DNA of 64,000 bases from Candidatus Doudnabacteria bacterium (GCA_028286905.1 JAQBQP010000001.1:15114-79113); one strand, 5' to 3'. Positions 19,765 to 30,697 are shown, counted from the stretch's first letter. Notes: generated from the letters alone by a model not told the origin. Numbers and translations are program-made.

Positions 19765-20306
19765 TAACGATAAATGTAAAAATTGGTCAAGATTGTCATT
19801 GTGGCATTGTTCGGTTGGAAATATAAAACGCTAAATGAAACTACTGGAGAAATAAAAGAACTGTTTTCCAAATACTTCATAAAAGTAACTTCGTTAGGAA
19901 AAGGCCCTTTTAAAACAATGGAGTACGGCACCTGAGATAATCCAGAAGCGCTTTGCACCGATTGCGCTTTGTCAGCAGTACCGCTAACAGTTAGGGTTTC
20001 AGTTAAGTTAGTTTTTTCAGCGTATTGCTCAATTTCTTTAATTTCATTAACTAAATGTAAGTCTGAGGTAAACAGATCGCTTGGCTTGATTGGCAGTGTA
20101 TTAACTTTAGTTAAATCGCCTTGAATGTTCTTAAGCGCTTGAACCTGCTCTTTTAAATCTGCTAGCTGGCTAATCTGATCTTGATGATTATTCTGCATGC
20201 TTATCAAACCTTTAGATAACCGCGGCATCACTAAAGTAAAGATTGCTCCGGTCAAAATAACCCAGATAAGCACTGTTAAGGTAATTTTTTTTGTTGGAGA
20301 CATCAT
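19764..20306 (-). CDS. pilO: type IV pilus assembly protein PilO-like
   Basis: 180 aa. N-terminal TM plus coiled coil, positioned after pilN. Overlaps pilN by 4 nt. Confidence 0.55.
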   Translation of the reverse strand: MMSPTKKITLTVLIWVILTGAIFTLVMPRLSKGLISMQNNHQDQISQLADLKEQVQALKNIQGDLTKVNTLPIKPSDLFTSDLHLVNEIKEIEQYAEKTNLTETLTVSGTADKAQSVQSASGLSQVPYSIVLKGPFPNEVTFMKYLENSSFISPVVSFSVLYFQPNNATMTILTNFYIYR

Positions 20307-20857
20307 AGTTTTAACGCTCCATCCGCTAAGTAGAAAGTAAAGTTAAACAGAACATTGCTGGACTTCTGAAGATTTTCCAAAGGCAAATTTATATTTTTAA
20401 ATAATGGCGAGCCGTCTATATTTGAACGTAGCTGCAATACCGCATCGCGAGTTAAACCAACGCCTAAAATATCAATCTTTCCAGATTTAGTGTTTGCGTT
20501 GAATGAAGTTATTACGACTTCTTTCGGTACAAGTTTTGAAAAGCCAATTAAAACTTTTGACCAGTTTGGATTATTTGCTGCAAAATTTATGTAGTCAGTA
20601 TTGGTATTGTTGGTTTTTTGAACTTCTTTGCGAATCGTGTCGTTGTCTTGACGGTCAATTAACGCTTGGTTCTTTTTAATATCAATATCGACGTTGTCTA
20701 AGGTGCTTTGCAAATAAAATCTCCAGCCAATTAAAACCACGATCACTATCGCATAGCTGACTACAGAGGCAATCAAAAACCTCAGCAAGCCGCCATAAAG
20801 CTTTTCTTGCTGCAACACCTTCTGTTCAGATGGGGGAAGTAAGTTAATTAATTTCAT
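20303..20857 (-). CDS. pilN: type IV pilus assembly protein PilN
   Basis: 184 aa. Hallmark N-terminus MKLINLLPP followed by a TM helix. Confidence 0.7.
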   Translation of the reverse strand: MKLINLLPPSEQKVLQQEKLYGGLLRFLIASVVSYAIVIVVLIGWRFYLQSTLDNVDIDIKKNQALIDRQDNDTIRKEVQKTNNTNTDYINFAANNPNWSKVLIGFSKLVPKEVVITSFNANTKSGKIDILGVGLTRDAVLQLRSNIDGSPLFKNINLPLENLQKSSNVLFNFTFYLADGALKL

Positions 20858-21930
20858 TAGTTTACGATTTCTCCGGCATGCATTGCCAACCCAATAGCGG
20901 TGGTGTAACTTAACGAATCCTCGCGCGACAAAGGCGCGCTGACCTTATCTTGGGGATTAAAAACATTTATCCAAGGGTTGCCTAAGGTAATATCAATATG
21001 GTCTAGGTCAGCAAGCTGTTGGTACAAATAACTGGTTAAGTGCAAAAGCTTTGAGGTCCCACCGCACAAAACGATTTGGCTAATCTTTTCTGGATTGTGC
21101 TCATCATGGAATTTGATTATGTTTCTAATTTCCATGACAAGATTATCCACTACGCTAATCAATGCGGCTTTAACGCTCTGGTGTTCTTTCGTATCATCTA
21201 AACCAATCTCTCTTTTTATTGTTTCTGCTTCCTCATCAGTAACGCCCATCGCCCGAGCGATGCTTTGAGTAAAGGCATCCCCTGCGATTGGCACAGTAGA
21301 AGTAAATTGTAGGTTTCCCTTTTCCACCACTACCAAACTGCTACGCAAAGTATCCATGTCTAAAATTAGAACATTTTTAGCACGCATTTCTGCAGAAATT
21401 AAGGCGCGCGTACATGCCGCGGATTCAACCTCAAAAGAGACCGGACGGAAACCAACTGCCTTAAATATTCTCAAAAGAGTGTCAATATAATCTTTAGGCG
21501 CGGCCGTAACTAGCACATCTAATTTTTCATCGCGCTCGCCAATAATTTGCCAATCTAAATACGCCTGGTCCAGTGGAATTGGAATGTATTGCTCGGCTTC
21601 AAAAGGAACCGCGTTCACCGCCTGCTCCTCGCTCATTTTTGGAATCTGCAAAACTCGCACAAAGGCTTTTGATTCTGGTATCGATGCCACAATTTGGTTG
21701 CCGCGCAATTTGCCAAAATTAACATGCTGCAGCATCGCTTTAAGGTGGTTGGTCAGTAAGTCTTCATTTACAATATTATCATTAACAACAACCCCTTTGG
21801 GCAAAGGGTAATCGGAGTAAGCGACAATTTTGTAACTCTTCCCTTTTTTCTGCAGCTGCATTACCTTTATTGATAAATCGCTGAGGTCCAAGCCAAAAGG
21901 AATCTTTTTTTGTTTCCAAATATCAAACAT
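20857..21930 (-). CDS. pilM: type IV pilus assembly protein PilM (actin-like ATPase fold)
   Basis: 357 aa, FtsA/PilM-like. Operon position is directly upstream of pilN, sharing the ATGA overlap. Confidence 0.75.
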   Translation of the reverse strand: MFDIWKQKKIPFGLDLSDLSIKVMQLQKKGKSYKIVAYSDYPLPKGVVVNDNIVNEDLLTNHLKAMLQHVNFGKLRGNQIVASIPESKAFVRVLQIPKMSEEQAVNAVPFEAEQYIPIPLDQAYLDWQIIGERDEKLDVLVTAAPKDYIDTLLRIFKAVGFRPVSFEVESAACTRALISAEMRAKNVLILDMDTLRSSLVVVEKGNLQFTSTVPIAGDAFTQSIARAMGVTDEEAETIKREIGLDDTKEHQSVKAALISVVDNLVMEIRNIIKFHDEHNPEKISQIVLCGGTSKLLHLTSYLYQQLADLDHIDITLGNPWINVFNPQDKVSAPLSREDSLSYTTAIGLAMHAGEIVN

Positions 21931-21948
21931 ATAAATTTATTGTAGCAT

Positions 21949-23160
21949 TTATCCGCCAGCGGAAGAAGTTAAGTTATAAATTGGACTGATCAAAGCAATT
22001 GCTAAGACACCAACCACTCCCCCAATTACCAAAATCATTACCGGTTCGATAATTGAAGACATATTTTTCATAGTATCGTCTACTTCTGATTCATAATGCT
22101 CTGCCATTTCTCCAAGAATTGTTTCGACATTTCCGCTTTCTTCTCCGACCCCAATCATTTGAGTAACTAGATAATCAAACAAGTGCGGATATTTCAGCAA
22201 AGAAGCAGTAATGCTTTTACCAACCCGGACATCCACAGCAATTTGATGAATCGCATCTTGGTATTGGGTGTTGCCCATTGAATCGGCAGCAATGCTTAAA
22301 CTATCTAAAATTGGAGTACCGCTCTTAAGCATCGAGCTCATCGTTCTGGAGAACCTAGCCATATTAATTTTCTTAGCGATTTCGCCAAAGACCGGAGTGT
22401 ACAATAACACTTTATCAAAAGTGCGCTGCCCAACGTTGGTGCGCATTATCGAAATCCCTCCCCCAATCACACCGAATATTATTCCCAAAGCAATAAAAGT
22501 ATGGCCGGACATAAAATCTACAAAGGCAATTACCACCCTGGTCATTAAAGGCAGCTGCATGTTTGAATCTTTGAAAATACCAACCAAAGAAGGCAAAACG
22601 AAGATCGACATCAATACACCCACTAGCAAGATCGCAAACAGCACCACGCTTGGATAGATCATTGCGCCTTTGGTTTTGGACTTCAATTCGTGTTCGCGCT
22701 GCAGCTGAATACTTAGCTGTTCCAAGCTTTTATCCAAAGATCCAGAAAGCTCGCCCACTTTAAACATGCTGATAAAAATATTCTGAAAGATGTTTGGATA
22801 CTTGGCCAGGGCTTCGCCAACGCTCTTCCCCGATTCAACCTCATTATAAATAACGTTTAGGATCTCGCGCATCTTCGGATTCTTTGCCTGGTTTGAAAGA
22901 ATTTTAACTCCGCGGGTCAAAGGAATACCGGCTTTCAACATAATCGAAAGATTTTGCACAAAAAGAATTTTGTCTTGCAAGCTCACACTAGAAAACCGGC
23001 TCATCATTGATGAAGAAAACTTTGGCTTATTTTCATTCATCTCGGTGGGAATCAAACCCTTTTGATGCAAAACACCAACCGCCTCGTGATACGAGCCAGC
23101 TTCGATAGTGTCAGTTTCACTGCCACCGTCTTTATTTATCGCGGTGTATTTAAATTGCAT
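21949..23160 (-). CDS. pilC: type IV pilus inner-membrane platform protein PilC (GspF family)
   Basis: 403 aa. Two GspF repeats and three TM segments. Confidence 0.85.
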   Translation of the reverse strand: MQFKYTAINKDGGSETDTIEAGSYHEAVGVLHQKGLIPTEMNENKPKFSSSMMSRFSSVSLQDKILFVQNLSIMLKAGIPLTRGVKILSNQAKNPKMREILNVIYNEVESGKSVGEALAKYPNIFQNIFISMFKVGELSGSLDKSLEQLSIQLQREHELKSKTKGAMIYPSVVLFAILLVGVLMSIFVLPSLVGIFKDSNMQLPLMTRVVIAFVDFMSGHTFIALGIIFGVIGGGISIMRTNVGQRTFDKVLLYTPVFGEIAKKINMARFSRTMSSMLKSGTPILDSLSIAADSMGNTQYQDAIHQIAVDVRVGKSITASLLKYPHLFDYLVTQMIGVGEESGNVETILGEMAEHYESEVDDTMKNMSSIIEPVMILVIGGVVGVLAIALISPIYNLTSSAGG

Positions 23161-23173
23161 AACGAAGGATTTT

Positions 23174-24913
23174 TTATTCTCTAGAAACTCTTAATATTTC
23201 ATCGATCGTAGTTATACCTAAAGTCGCTTTAATAAATCCATCTTCCCACATTAAGATCATGCCCTGCTCTTCAGCTTTGTCTTGAATCGATTGAGTAGTC
23301 CCGCGGCTAACAATAAGCGCTTGTACTTCCGGACTTACTTCTAATACTTCGTGAATACCAACGCGCCCTCTATAACCAGTACGGGCACATTTAGAACAAC
23401 CGGCGCCTTTATAAAAAGTAAGTTCAGAAATTGATTTCATTTTGCTGGAAACAGCGCCTTCTTGAATCATAATTTTCATCAGCTTATCCAAGTTGAAAAT
23501 CGAAATGCTCTTTAGAGTTTCGGCATCAACCTTCATGCTTTGAATACAGTCAGGACAAATGATACGCACCAAACGTTGAGCGATAACCGCGTTCACTGTA
23601 GAAGCAATCAAATATGGCTCAATACCCATGTCCAACAAGCGCGGCAACGCACCGGCCGCGGAGTTAGTATGCAGCGTAGATAGCACGATGTGCCCGGTCA
23701 TCGCAGCGTGCACCGCTTCTTCCGCGGTTTCCTGGTCGCGGATTTCCCCAATCATAATAATGTTCGGGTCTTGGCGGAGCAAAGCACGCAGCCCCATCGC
23801 AAAGGTTAAGCCAATTTTCGGACTAACCTGCATTTGATTAACGCCAACCATTTTATACTCGACCGGATCTTCAATTGTAGAGATATTTACATTCTTATTA
23901 TTCAACATCGAAAGCACCGAATACAAAGTTGTCGATTTACCCGAACCGGTTGGTCCAGTAACCAGCAAAGCGCCATGCGGCTTTTTAATATTGTTTAGAA
24001 TTTTTCCTAAGTTGCTGCGCTGAAAACCAAGCTGCTCCAAAGTTAAAGCCTTGGCGCTTTCATCCAACAAACGCATAACTACTTTTTCCCCGTCAAAAAT
24101 TGGAATAGTAGAAACACGCAAGGAAACGGCATATTCATCTTTTTCAATTTTAAAACGACCGTCTTGCGGCAAGCGATGCTCGTCAATTTTTAAGTTTGCT
24201 AAAACTTTAACGCGAGCTACCAAAGCTCCCTGAATTACCTTCGGCAGAGTCATGACCTCGTGCAAAATACCGTCGATACGATAACGCACCATTACTTTAT
24301 CTTCTTCCGGTTCAATATGAATATCTGAAGCCTTTTCGAATACCGCATACTCCAAAAGCGTGTCGACAACGCGGATAATCGGGATCTGTTCGGCCATTTT
24401 CTTTAAGGCCTCGTTCAAATCCTGTTCGTTTTTGGCGCCGGTTACTCCCCCATCTTTCAAAAGATTAGTAAACTCTGTTTCAATGCTGCTGTGGTATTTA
24501 GACAAACCGAATTCAATGCTCTTTTTAGAAGCAATGAAGGTTTTTATGGTTAAACCAGTTTTCTTTTTAATGAATTCTTTAGTCTGTAAATCTTCCGGGT
24601 CATACATTGCTAGGCTTAAGTACTCTTTATCTTTTGCAAAAGCAATTATTAAATGCCTGCGGGCAATCGGTTCAGGAATGAGGTTTAAGACCTCGGTGGA
24701 AAATTCCACATTGCGCAATTCAATAATCTGCGCGTTCATTATCTGGCTTTTGAAGTTCAGGATTTGTTCTTCCGTAACAACGCTCTTTTCCAATAACAAA
24801 TCCTCCAAATCCACTTTCTGGCTTTGGGCTTCTCTCCTTAGCTGGTCCAACTGGTCTTTCTTTACCAGGTCTGTATCAACTAAGAATTTTTCTAGTACTT
24901 GAGAAGAAATCAT
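23174..24913 (-). CDS. pilB: type IV pilus assembly ATPase PilB (GspE family)
   Basis: 579 aa. N-terminal GSPII-type domain, Walker A GPTGSGKST, Asp/His boxes, tetracysteine motif CPDC...CSKC. Confidence 0.9.
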   Translation of the reverse strand: MISSQVLEKFLVDTDLVKKDQLDQLRREAQSQKVDLEDLLLEKSVVTEEQILNFKSQIMNAQIIELRNVEFSTEVLNLIPEPIARRHLIIAFAKDKEYLSLAMYDPEDLQTKEFIKKKTGLTIKTFIASKKSIEFGLSKYHSSIETEFTNLLKDGGVTGAKNEQDLNEALKKMAEQIPIIRVVDTLLEYAVFEKASDIHIEPEEDKVMVRYRIDGILHEVMTLPKVIQGALVARVKVLANLKIDEHRLPQDGRFKIEKDEYAVSLRVSTIPIFDGEKVVMRLLDESAKALTLEQLGFQRSNLGKILNNIKKPHGALLVTGPTGSGKSTTLYSVLSMLNNKNVNISTIEDPVEYKMVGVNQMQVSPKIGLTFAMGLRALLRQDPNIIMIGEIRDQETAEEAVHAAMTGHIVLSTLHTNSAAGALPRLLDMGIEPYLIASTVNAVIAQRLVRIICPDCIQSMKVDAETLKSISIFNLDKLMKIMIQEGAVSSKMKSISELTFYKGAGCSKCARTGYRGRVGIHEVLEVSPEVQALIVSRGTTQSIQDKAEEQGMILMWEDGFIKATLGITTIDEILRVSRE

Positions 24914-24994
24914 TTTTGTTTTAGTTTCAGAAAACTGCTATTTTTTAGCGAATTTATAAACTGATTATAGCATATTTTTGCCAAATTTCAAAAA

Positions 24995-25267
24995 TTATTT
25001 CTTGAGTTTTTTAAGTTTAGGACTTTCTTGGTATCCTACCTGGTCTTCTCGAATTTTTAAAGCATTCCGTTCTGCAAAAGTTGCTAATTTTTCGTCTAAA
25101 TAACTTTTTGTGACCACATGGGTCATTTGAGACTCCAATTTATTAAGCCTTCTTTCGATCTGTTCAAAGCGTAAATCCGCGCTTGCTGAGAAATTATTAA
25201 TTGATATTAGAATCTTATCTAACATTGCATACACTTTTTTGAACTCTTTCTTCGTTTCGATATTCAT
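24995..25267 (-). CDS. hypothetical coiled-coil protein
   Basis: 90-aa ORF. No recognisable domain. Confidence 0.25.
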   Translation of the reverse strand: MNIETKKEFKKVYAMLDKILISINNFSASADLRFEQIERRLNKLESQMTHVVTKSYLDEKLATFAERNALKIREDQVGYQESPKLKKLKK

Positions 25268-25438
25268 ACTACTCCACTTTAATTTTGTAGTACCACAATA
25301 ATAAAAGCTAATTATTGAGGGGTCAAATAACTTAATTTTTGCTTAATTTAACTGTTGGATATTATGTACAATTGCTATTAGGCAGCTTAAAGCATATGCT
25401 TATGACATAAGTAACAAAGAAATAACAAGGACACACAA

Positions 25439-25903
25439 ATGAAAAAAATGATAATCATGGGCTCACTAGTGCTTTTACTAGCAGCTGGCTGCAGCAAGAG
25501 CAATGACAACACAAATACATATTCATCGAGTGATAATACTAGCACACCGGTAGATACAAGTACTACAACACCACCAGTTACTCCTCCTCCGGTAGTTAAG
25601 GTCACGCCGCCAGCGCCTACAGCGGGATATACCCAAGCTTTGAAGACCTATGGCACCAACCGCATTGCGTTTGATGAATATTGTACTGCAAAGCCAAATG
25701 CAGTCGTATTCAAAAGCGGGACAAAAGTTATGATCGACAACCGTAGTAATGATCAACGAAAAATTACGGTTGGAACAATAGCTTTAAATGTAAAGCCGTT
25801 CGATTTCCAAATCGTAACAATTCCAACAGTTAAGGCAATAACAACGATTACTGGAGATTGCGCGGACTTACAAAATGTAGTTACAATTACAGTAAATAAA
25901 TAG
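25439..25903 (+). CDS. lipoprotein, hypothetical
   Basis: 154 aa. Signal peptide with lipobox LLAAGC, followed by a T/P-rich linker. Confidence 0.45.
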   Translation: MKKMIIMGSLVLLLAAGCSKSNDNTNTYSSSDNTSTPVDTSTTTPPVTPPPVVKVTPPAPTAGYTQALKTYGTNRIAFDEYCTAKPNAVVFKSGTKVMIDNRSNDQRKITVGTIALNVKPFDFQIVTIPTVKAITTITGDCADLQNVVTITVNK

Positions 25904-25913
25904 TTTAGTAAAT

Positions 25914-25948
25914 AAAAAACACCCCGGCTATATCCGGAGTGTTTTTTA
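25914..25948. terminator. bidirectional terminator
   Basis: aaaaaac-accccgg-ctatat-ccggagtgt-tttttt. Confidence 0.65.
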
Positions 25949-25961
25949 TTTACTCTAATTC

Positions 25962-26966
25962 CTAACCGACAGTCTTATAAACCTGTTCCGAGATATGTTG
26001 AATTGTTGTTTTTAAATCATCTAGATTTTGGCCTTTAGTCATCACACATAATAGGTAAGCCTTTGGCCCATAAACTATTCCACAGTCATGAAGTTCTCGT
26101 TCTGTAGTTTGACCATTGGAGTCTAATGCTGCGTATTCACCAAATTTGTGAGCCACCACGGTACCTTGAGGCACACCTGCCACTATTCCCTCATTAAAAT
26201 CAGACTGCGTCATTAAACCTAAAGCTTGATCGGAAAAATCTTTAGTTAAGTAGGTAGAGTTGTATAGTATTCTAAAAAATAACGAATAATCTTTAACAGA
26301 AATAAAATCTCCTCCTGACAAATCTGTTGGCAATACTATACCTAAGTCCGAAAAAATTTCCGCAAAAGAGTTTTTATCGGTCGCTGCAAATAACGCATAA
26401 GTGGCGTTATTATCTGAATACTTAATCATGTAATCCAATAAACTCTTTACGTCATATTCTTTGCCCGGTTGAGCAAAAGCTGAGGGCTTAATGGATTCAT
26501 TAGCATTCTGATCAGGGCCCTCGTACTTTAGCTTTTTGGACATAATGTTTGGATCCTCTTCGGCGTCCTTCAAATAACCCATTAAAATAGGCACTTTAAA
26601 TAGACTTGCTGGAACGTACTTCTCATTCTCATTAACCCCCACCCAGTTTCCTTTATCTAAGCTACGGTAGTACACAGATGCTTGTGTAAGTTTCCCATTA
26701 CTTTTCTGAGTACTTATATAGCTACTTATCATGTCATGTAATGGCTTGTATTCAGCAATAGTTTTATTTTCGGGGACATCATAAGCCAATAAAGAGCTCA
26801 CATATTTATAGCTTGAGGTTTTATCCCTGATTGGCATAATTGCAGAAAACAGAGTTCTTTGAGCATTTATATCTGAATTATGCGCATAAGAATACCCACC
26901 TGTTATACCAATCACTAAAATAACTACCATTACCAATATTGTGCTTCTATCCTTGTAATTGATCAT
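25962..26966 (-). CDS. class A beta-lactamase-like serine hydrolase (membrane-anchored)
   Basis: 334 aa. SLFK (SxxK), YSDNNAT (SDN) and HKFG (a KTG-like box) in the canonical order. Confidence 0.55.
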   Translation of the reverse strand: MINYKDRSTILVMVVILVIGITGGYSYAHNSDINAQRTLFSAIMPIRDKTSSYKYVSSLLAYDVPENKTIAEYKPLHDMISSYISTQKSNGKLTQASVYYRSLDKGNWVGVNENEKYVPASLFKVPILMGYLKDAEEDPNIMSKKLKYEGPDQNANESIKPSAFAQPGKEYDVKSLLDYMIKYSDNNATYALFAATDKNSFAEIFSDLGIVLPTDLSGGDFISVKDYSLFFRILYNSTYLTKDFSDQALGLMTQSDFNEGIVAGVPQGTVVAHKFGEYAALDSNGQTTERELHDCGIVYGPKAYLLCVMTKGQNLDDLKTTIQHISEQVYKTVG

Positions 26967-27076
26967 ACATTGATGATATTAGAAATTGGAAACCTAAGCA
27001 AATAAAAAAGACACCCTTTGTAGGGTGTCTTTTTGCTAATTTAAAGTTTTAGCAAACCCGGTTCAATAATCAGAGA

Positions 27077-30000
27077 TTATTGTTTGATTGAAAAGCTTCC
27101 TGTTGGGAAGTTGTAAACCAAAGCACCGCTACGAGCAGATAGTGTTCCACCACCAGCTACGTCAGTCCATAGGAAGTTTGTCTGATCAACAGATGTTGAT
27201 ACAGAAACTGTAGCACCAGCAACAACTGTTGCGTTTACTACGCCGTATAGGCTGAATACTTGTGATGTACTAGCAGTGATCAAGAATTCTGGGCTAAATA
27301 CACAATCAACACGAGTGGTTACACCGCTCGCAGTTGTTGCTGTACATGTAGTACCAGAGATTGTTGTTGTACCACTTGCAATGCGGGCAGAAGTGACAGC
27401 CGGACCAACCGACACACCAGAACCACCAACGTTAAAGCGGATTGTACCAACGGAGATGTTACCAGCTGCATCAGCAGTCACTGTAACTTCACCAATCTTG
27501 TTTTCTGCACCTAGAATCAAACCAGACTTTTGAGCTGTATCAACAGACAAAGTAGGTTTAGAACCAACTAGAGTCTGAGTAGGAGCTGCAACGTTTGGAG
27601 TGATAACTGTTGTTGTACCGCCAGCAACGTACTTAACGTAAGTTAAAGCAACGCTGTTAGTTGTAGCAGAAGCTACACCGGTAACACCAACTGGGCTGTA
27701 AGAAACAGTAACTGGAACATTTACACCACCGGAACCGTTAGGAACAGCAATGTTTAAACCAGTTATTGTTGCTACGCCACCTACTACTGGAGCTGTTACG
27801 CCACCAACTTTTACGTTAGTAACACCAGAACCAGTTACTGTGAATCTCAACTCATTGATATTAGCAGTTCCGCTAGTAGCCAAGAAGTTAAAGGAAGCCA
27901 CAGATGCATCAGTAACTCCACTTGCAGTACCGGCAGCAATATATTGTGCCTGTGTTGAAGCAGAAGCTACGATTGTAGGAGGGTTTGTTACAGTTGCTAC
28001 AGCTACAGTCATTGTTTGACCAGTAATAGGAAGAGATGTTGAAGTCTGATTACTATTTTGACCAATTGAAGTAACTGTTAGTGTAGTAATTTCTGTACCA
28101 GTTGTTGCAGATCCCAAGTCGCCAAAGATATCTACTGTACCGCTTGAGCTAACTGGGATTGTAACATTAGGAGAGAAAGAGTTTGAAGCTGTAGGTGAAC
28201 CAACCGTGTTACCAACTTGTGTGCCATTTACGAACACTTTCAAGTTTGTAAGATTAGTTAACGCTGCAGATCCAGAGATACCTACAGTCATAGATGTAAG
28301 ACGGATAGGTTCAGAATTGCTAGATTGCAATACGAATGAACCAAGTTTTACATTTTGATTGTTAGGTGAAACGTTTTGGCTTACGAAACCATTGCTTGCA
28401 GCAATAGTTAACGCAGCTGTACCAACAGTCAAACTGCTAGCTGCAGTTGCTGCAGGAACGTTGTATAGAGTTCCAGAGTAACGACCTTGCGCTGTGTTAG
28501 TAGTGCCAGTGATACTAGCAGTTACTGTACCAGCTGTGTAGTTTAAGTTGTTTGCAGTGATCAAATCAGCACGTACTTCAAGAGTTGAAGATTGACCGGC
28601 TGGGATAATCATTGACGAACCTAAGTTATACACCAAAGCTGTTGAACCGTTGAAATTCTGTGAAGAACCAACCTGGGCGCCATTTACGAACAATGTAACA
28701 TTGTTCAAAGTAGTGTCAGGGTGAGAGATTGTGTAAGCCAAACCTGATGCAGTTGTACCAGCGTAGGTAGCAGACAAAGTCAAAGATGTGTTAGAAGCGA
28801 TTGAAGAAATAGTGTAAGTTACACCACCAATAACAATCTTATCTAAAGCAACGTATGAGCTGAAGTTTGTACCTGTACCAGTTACTGTTGCGCTACCATT
28901 GGTAACAGCAACAGTACCTGTAGGAGCTGTAACTGGAGTTACCAATCCACCAGTGATGGAAGGAGCTAGGGTTAAGCTATTAACTTGCATATCTTCGCCA
29001 TAAGCTTGTACTTTGTAACGAGCAATTGGAGTGTTTGTAGCACCGCCAGTTACTGTTGTTACAACGCCGAAGCTTGGGTCAGAAGAAATTGTAAGAGAAC
29101 CATTACCGATAGTAATTGTACCACCGGAGTTTGCTGTAAATTGAGCACCACCAACGTTAGTTGGAGTGATGTTTACGTTAAACTGAGAATCAGTAACCAT
29201 CAAATCAGCTGCATTTTGCAAGGTGAATTGAACTGTGCGAGTTGCACCAGTTATGAAGTCAGCACGTACATCTAAAGTATGAGAACCAGTATTCATAGTA
29301 GCTGGGGTAGAACCCAAGTCAAATGAAACATAGCTAGAACCATTGATGGAAACTAAGCCAGATGCAGAAGCAACTTTGTTGCCATCTAGATATAGACCAT
29401 AGTTACCCAATGCGTTTGTAGGAGCTGATCCTACTTCACGTAGGGCAAGGCTCTTCAACCATACTACTCTAGTACCAACAGTGATAGGCGCAGACCATAC
29501 TGTCTGAGTTGTGCTACCAGCGTTAATAGAAGAGTTACCAATTGTATTTGTTCCTACTGTTACAGCTGCTGTTGAAGCACCTGAAACTGTAGAAATGTTA
29601 CCGCTTACTGGAACACCAGTAACAGCAAGAGTACCACTCATAGCAGATACCAATTGTACACCTACAGTTTGTCCGGAAATTCCAGAAACCTGAGATACAG
29701 AAGCAATATCAGCACGAACAGAAACGTTAGCTGAACCATTTACTGTAAACAAACCATTTGGGTTTGAGAAAGAAATGTTGCTACCTGTTGTTACAGAAGC
29801 AGCATCAGTTAATCTTGTGTTGCCTTGGTATAGGTATACGTTGTTCAAAGCTGAATCAGAAGAAACTCCGATTCTCTTCAAAGAAACTTGAGTAACAGCG
29901 CCGTTACCGTAGAAGGTAAAGTGACCTAAGTCAGCTGTTGCTTGTCCTGCTACCAAAGTGCTGCCAGCTGGCATATCTGAGCTTGCGCTTACAGATAATG

Positions 30001-30697
30001 AGCTACCAGTTACTGGAGGAATTGTTACACCACCCGCAGCGCCTGTTGGGTTCAATTGACCCATTACGCGCGCTTGCATGATACCAGAGCTCATAGGAAC
30101 TGCGATATCAGCAGCGTTTGCAGGAACTGCTTTTGCGAATGAGTAACCCCATGTGTTGAATACTGATTCAGATGGGATTCCCATTTTTCCACTTGAAGTG
30201 ATCAAGTAGATAGTACCACTTTGGTTAACCAAAGCGCCTGTTGGATGTTGTTGTGAAGAATTGGACAAGATTGTAGCAGAAGGCATGAATGATGTATCAC
30301 CAACCATGACGTTGCTCAATTTGTAACCAAGGCCGTTAAATACAGCCATTGATGTAATACCAGAACGTTGACCATTGTTGATCACGTAGATAGTACCCAT
30401 ATCATTGATAAGGGAACCGTCCATAGGAGGCACGAAGCTTCCTACTGGTAAAGCCAAATCTTCAGCAGATGCTGGCACTACTTGGCTCCATGAATTAAAT
30501 CCATAAGACAAGAACGCGCCACCTGAGGTGTAACCTCTGCGAACGCCGCTTGGATCGATGAAATAAACTGTTCCATTTACGGAAACGTTTGTTCCAACGG
30601 TGTGTACAGTAGCAGTTGCGAAAGACGCAAAGCTAGCAAGTACCAAAGCGGAGGAAGAAGCTACAGCAAAGGCTTTCTTTGCTAAAGTGTTAGACAT
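27077..30697 (-). CDS. giant secreted surface protein (1206 aa). Three tandem ~60-aa N-terminal repeats, followed by a ~950-aa Thr/Ser/Gly/Val/Ala-rich beta-rich region.
   Basis: Signal peptide. Repeats GTVYFIDPSGVRRGYTSGGAFLSYGF, GTIYVINNGQRSGITSMAVFNGLGY and GTIYLITSSGKMGIPSESVFNTWGY. No C-terminal anchor. Confidence 0.5.
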   Translation of the reverse strand: MSNTLAKKAFAVASSSALVLASFASFATATVHTVGTNVSVNGTVYFIDPSGVRRGYTSGGAFLSYGFNSWSQVVPASAEDLALPVGSFVPPMDGSLINDMGTIYVINNGQRSGITSMAVFNGLGYKLSNVMVGDTSFMPSATILSNSSQQHPTGALVNQSGTIYLITSSGKMGIPSESVFNTWGYSFAKAVPANAADIAVPMSSGIMQARVMGQLNPTGAAGGVTIPPVTGSSLSVSASSDMPAGSTLVAGQATADLGHFTFYGNGAVTQVSLKRIGVSSDSALNNVYLYQGNTRLTDAASVTTGSNISFSNPNGLFTVNGSANVSVRADIASVSQVSGISGQTVGVQLVSAMSGTLAVTGVPVSGNISTVSGASTAAVTVGTNTIGNSSINAGSTTQTVWSAPITVGTRVVWLKSLALREVGSAPTNALGNYGLYLDGNKVASASGLVSINGSSYVSFDLGSTPATMNTGSHTLDVRADFITGATRTVQFTLQNAADLMVTDSQFNVNITPTNVGGAQFTANSGGTITIGNGSLTISSDPSFGVVTTVTGGATNTPIARYKVQAYGEDMQVNSLTLAPSITGGLVTPVTAPTGTVAVTNGSATVTGTGTNFSSYVALDKIVIGGVTYTISSIASNTSLTLSATYAGTTASGLAYTISHPDTTLNNVTLFVNGAQVGSSQNFNGSTALVYNLGSSMIIPAGQSSTLEVRADLITANNLNYTAGTVTASITGTTNTAQGRYSGTLYNVPAATAASSLTVGTAALTIAASNGFVSQNVSPNNQNVKLGSFVLQSSNSEPIRLTSMTVGISGSAALTNLTNLKVFVNGTQVGNTVGSPTASNSFSPNVTIPVSSSGTVDIFGDLGSATTGTEITTLTVTSIGQNSNQTSTSLPITGQTMTVAVATVTNPPTIVASASTQAQYIAAGTASGVTDASVASFNFLATSGTANINELRFTVTGSGVTNVKVGGVTAPVVGGVATITGLNIAVPNGSGGVNVPVTVSYSPVGVTGVASATTNSVALTYVKYVAGGTTTVITPNVAAPTQTLVGSKPTLSVDTAQKSGLILGAENKIGEVTVTADAAGNISVGTIRFNVGGSGVSVGPAVTSARIASGTTTISGTTCTATTASGVTTRVDCVFSPEFLITASTSQVFSLYGVVNATVVAGATVSVSTSVDQTNFLWTDVAGGGTLSARSGALVYNFPTGSFSIKQ

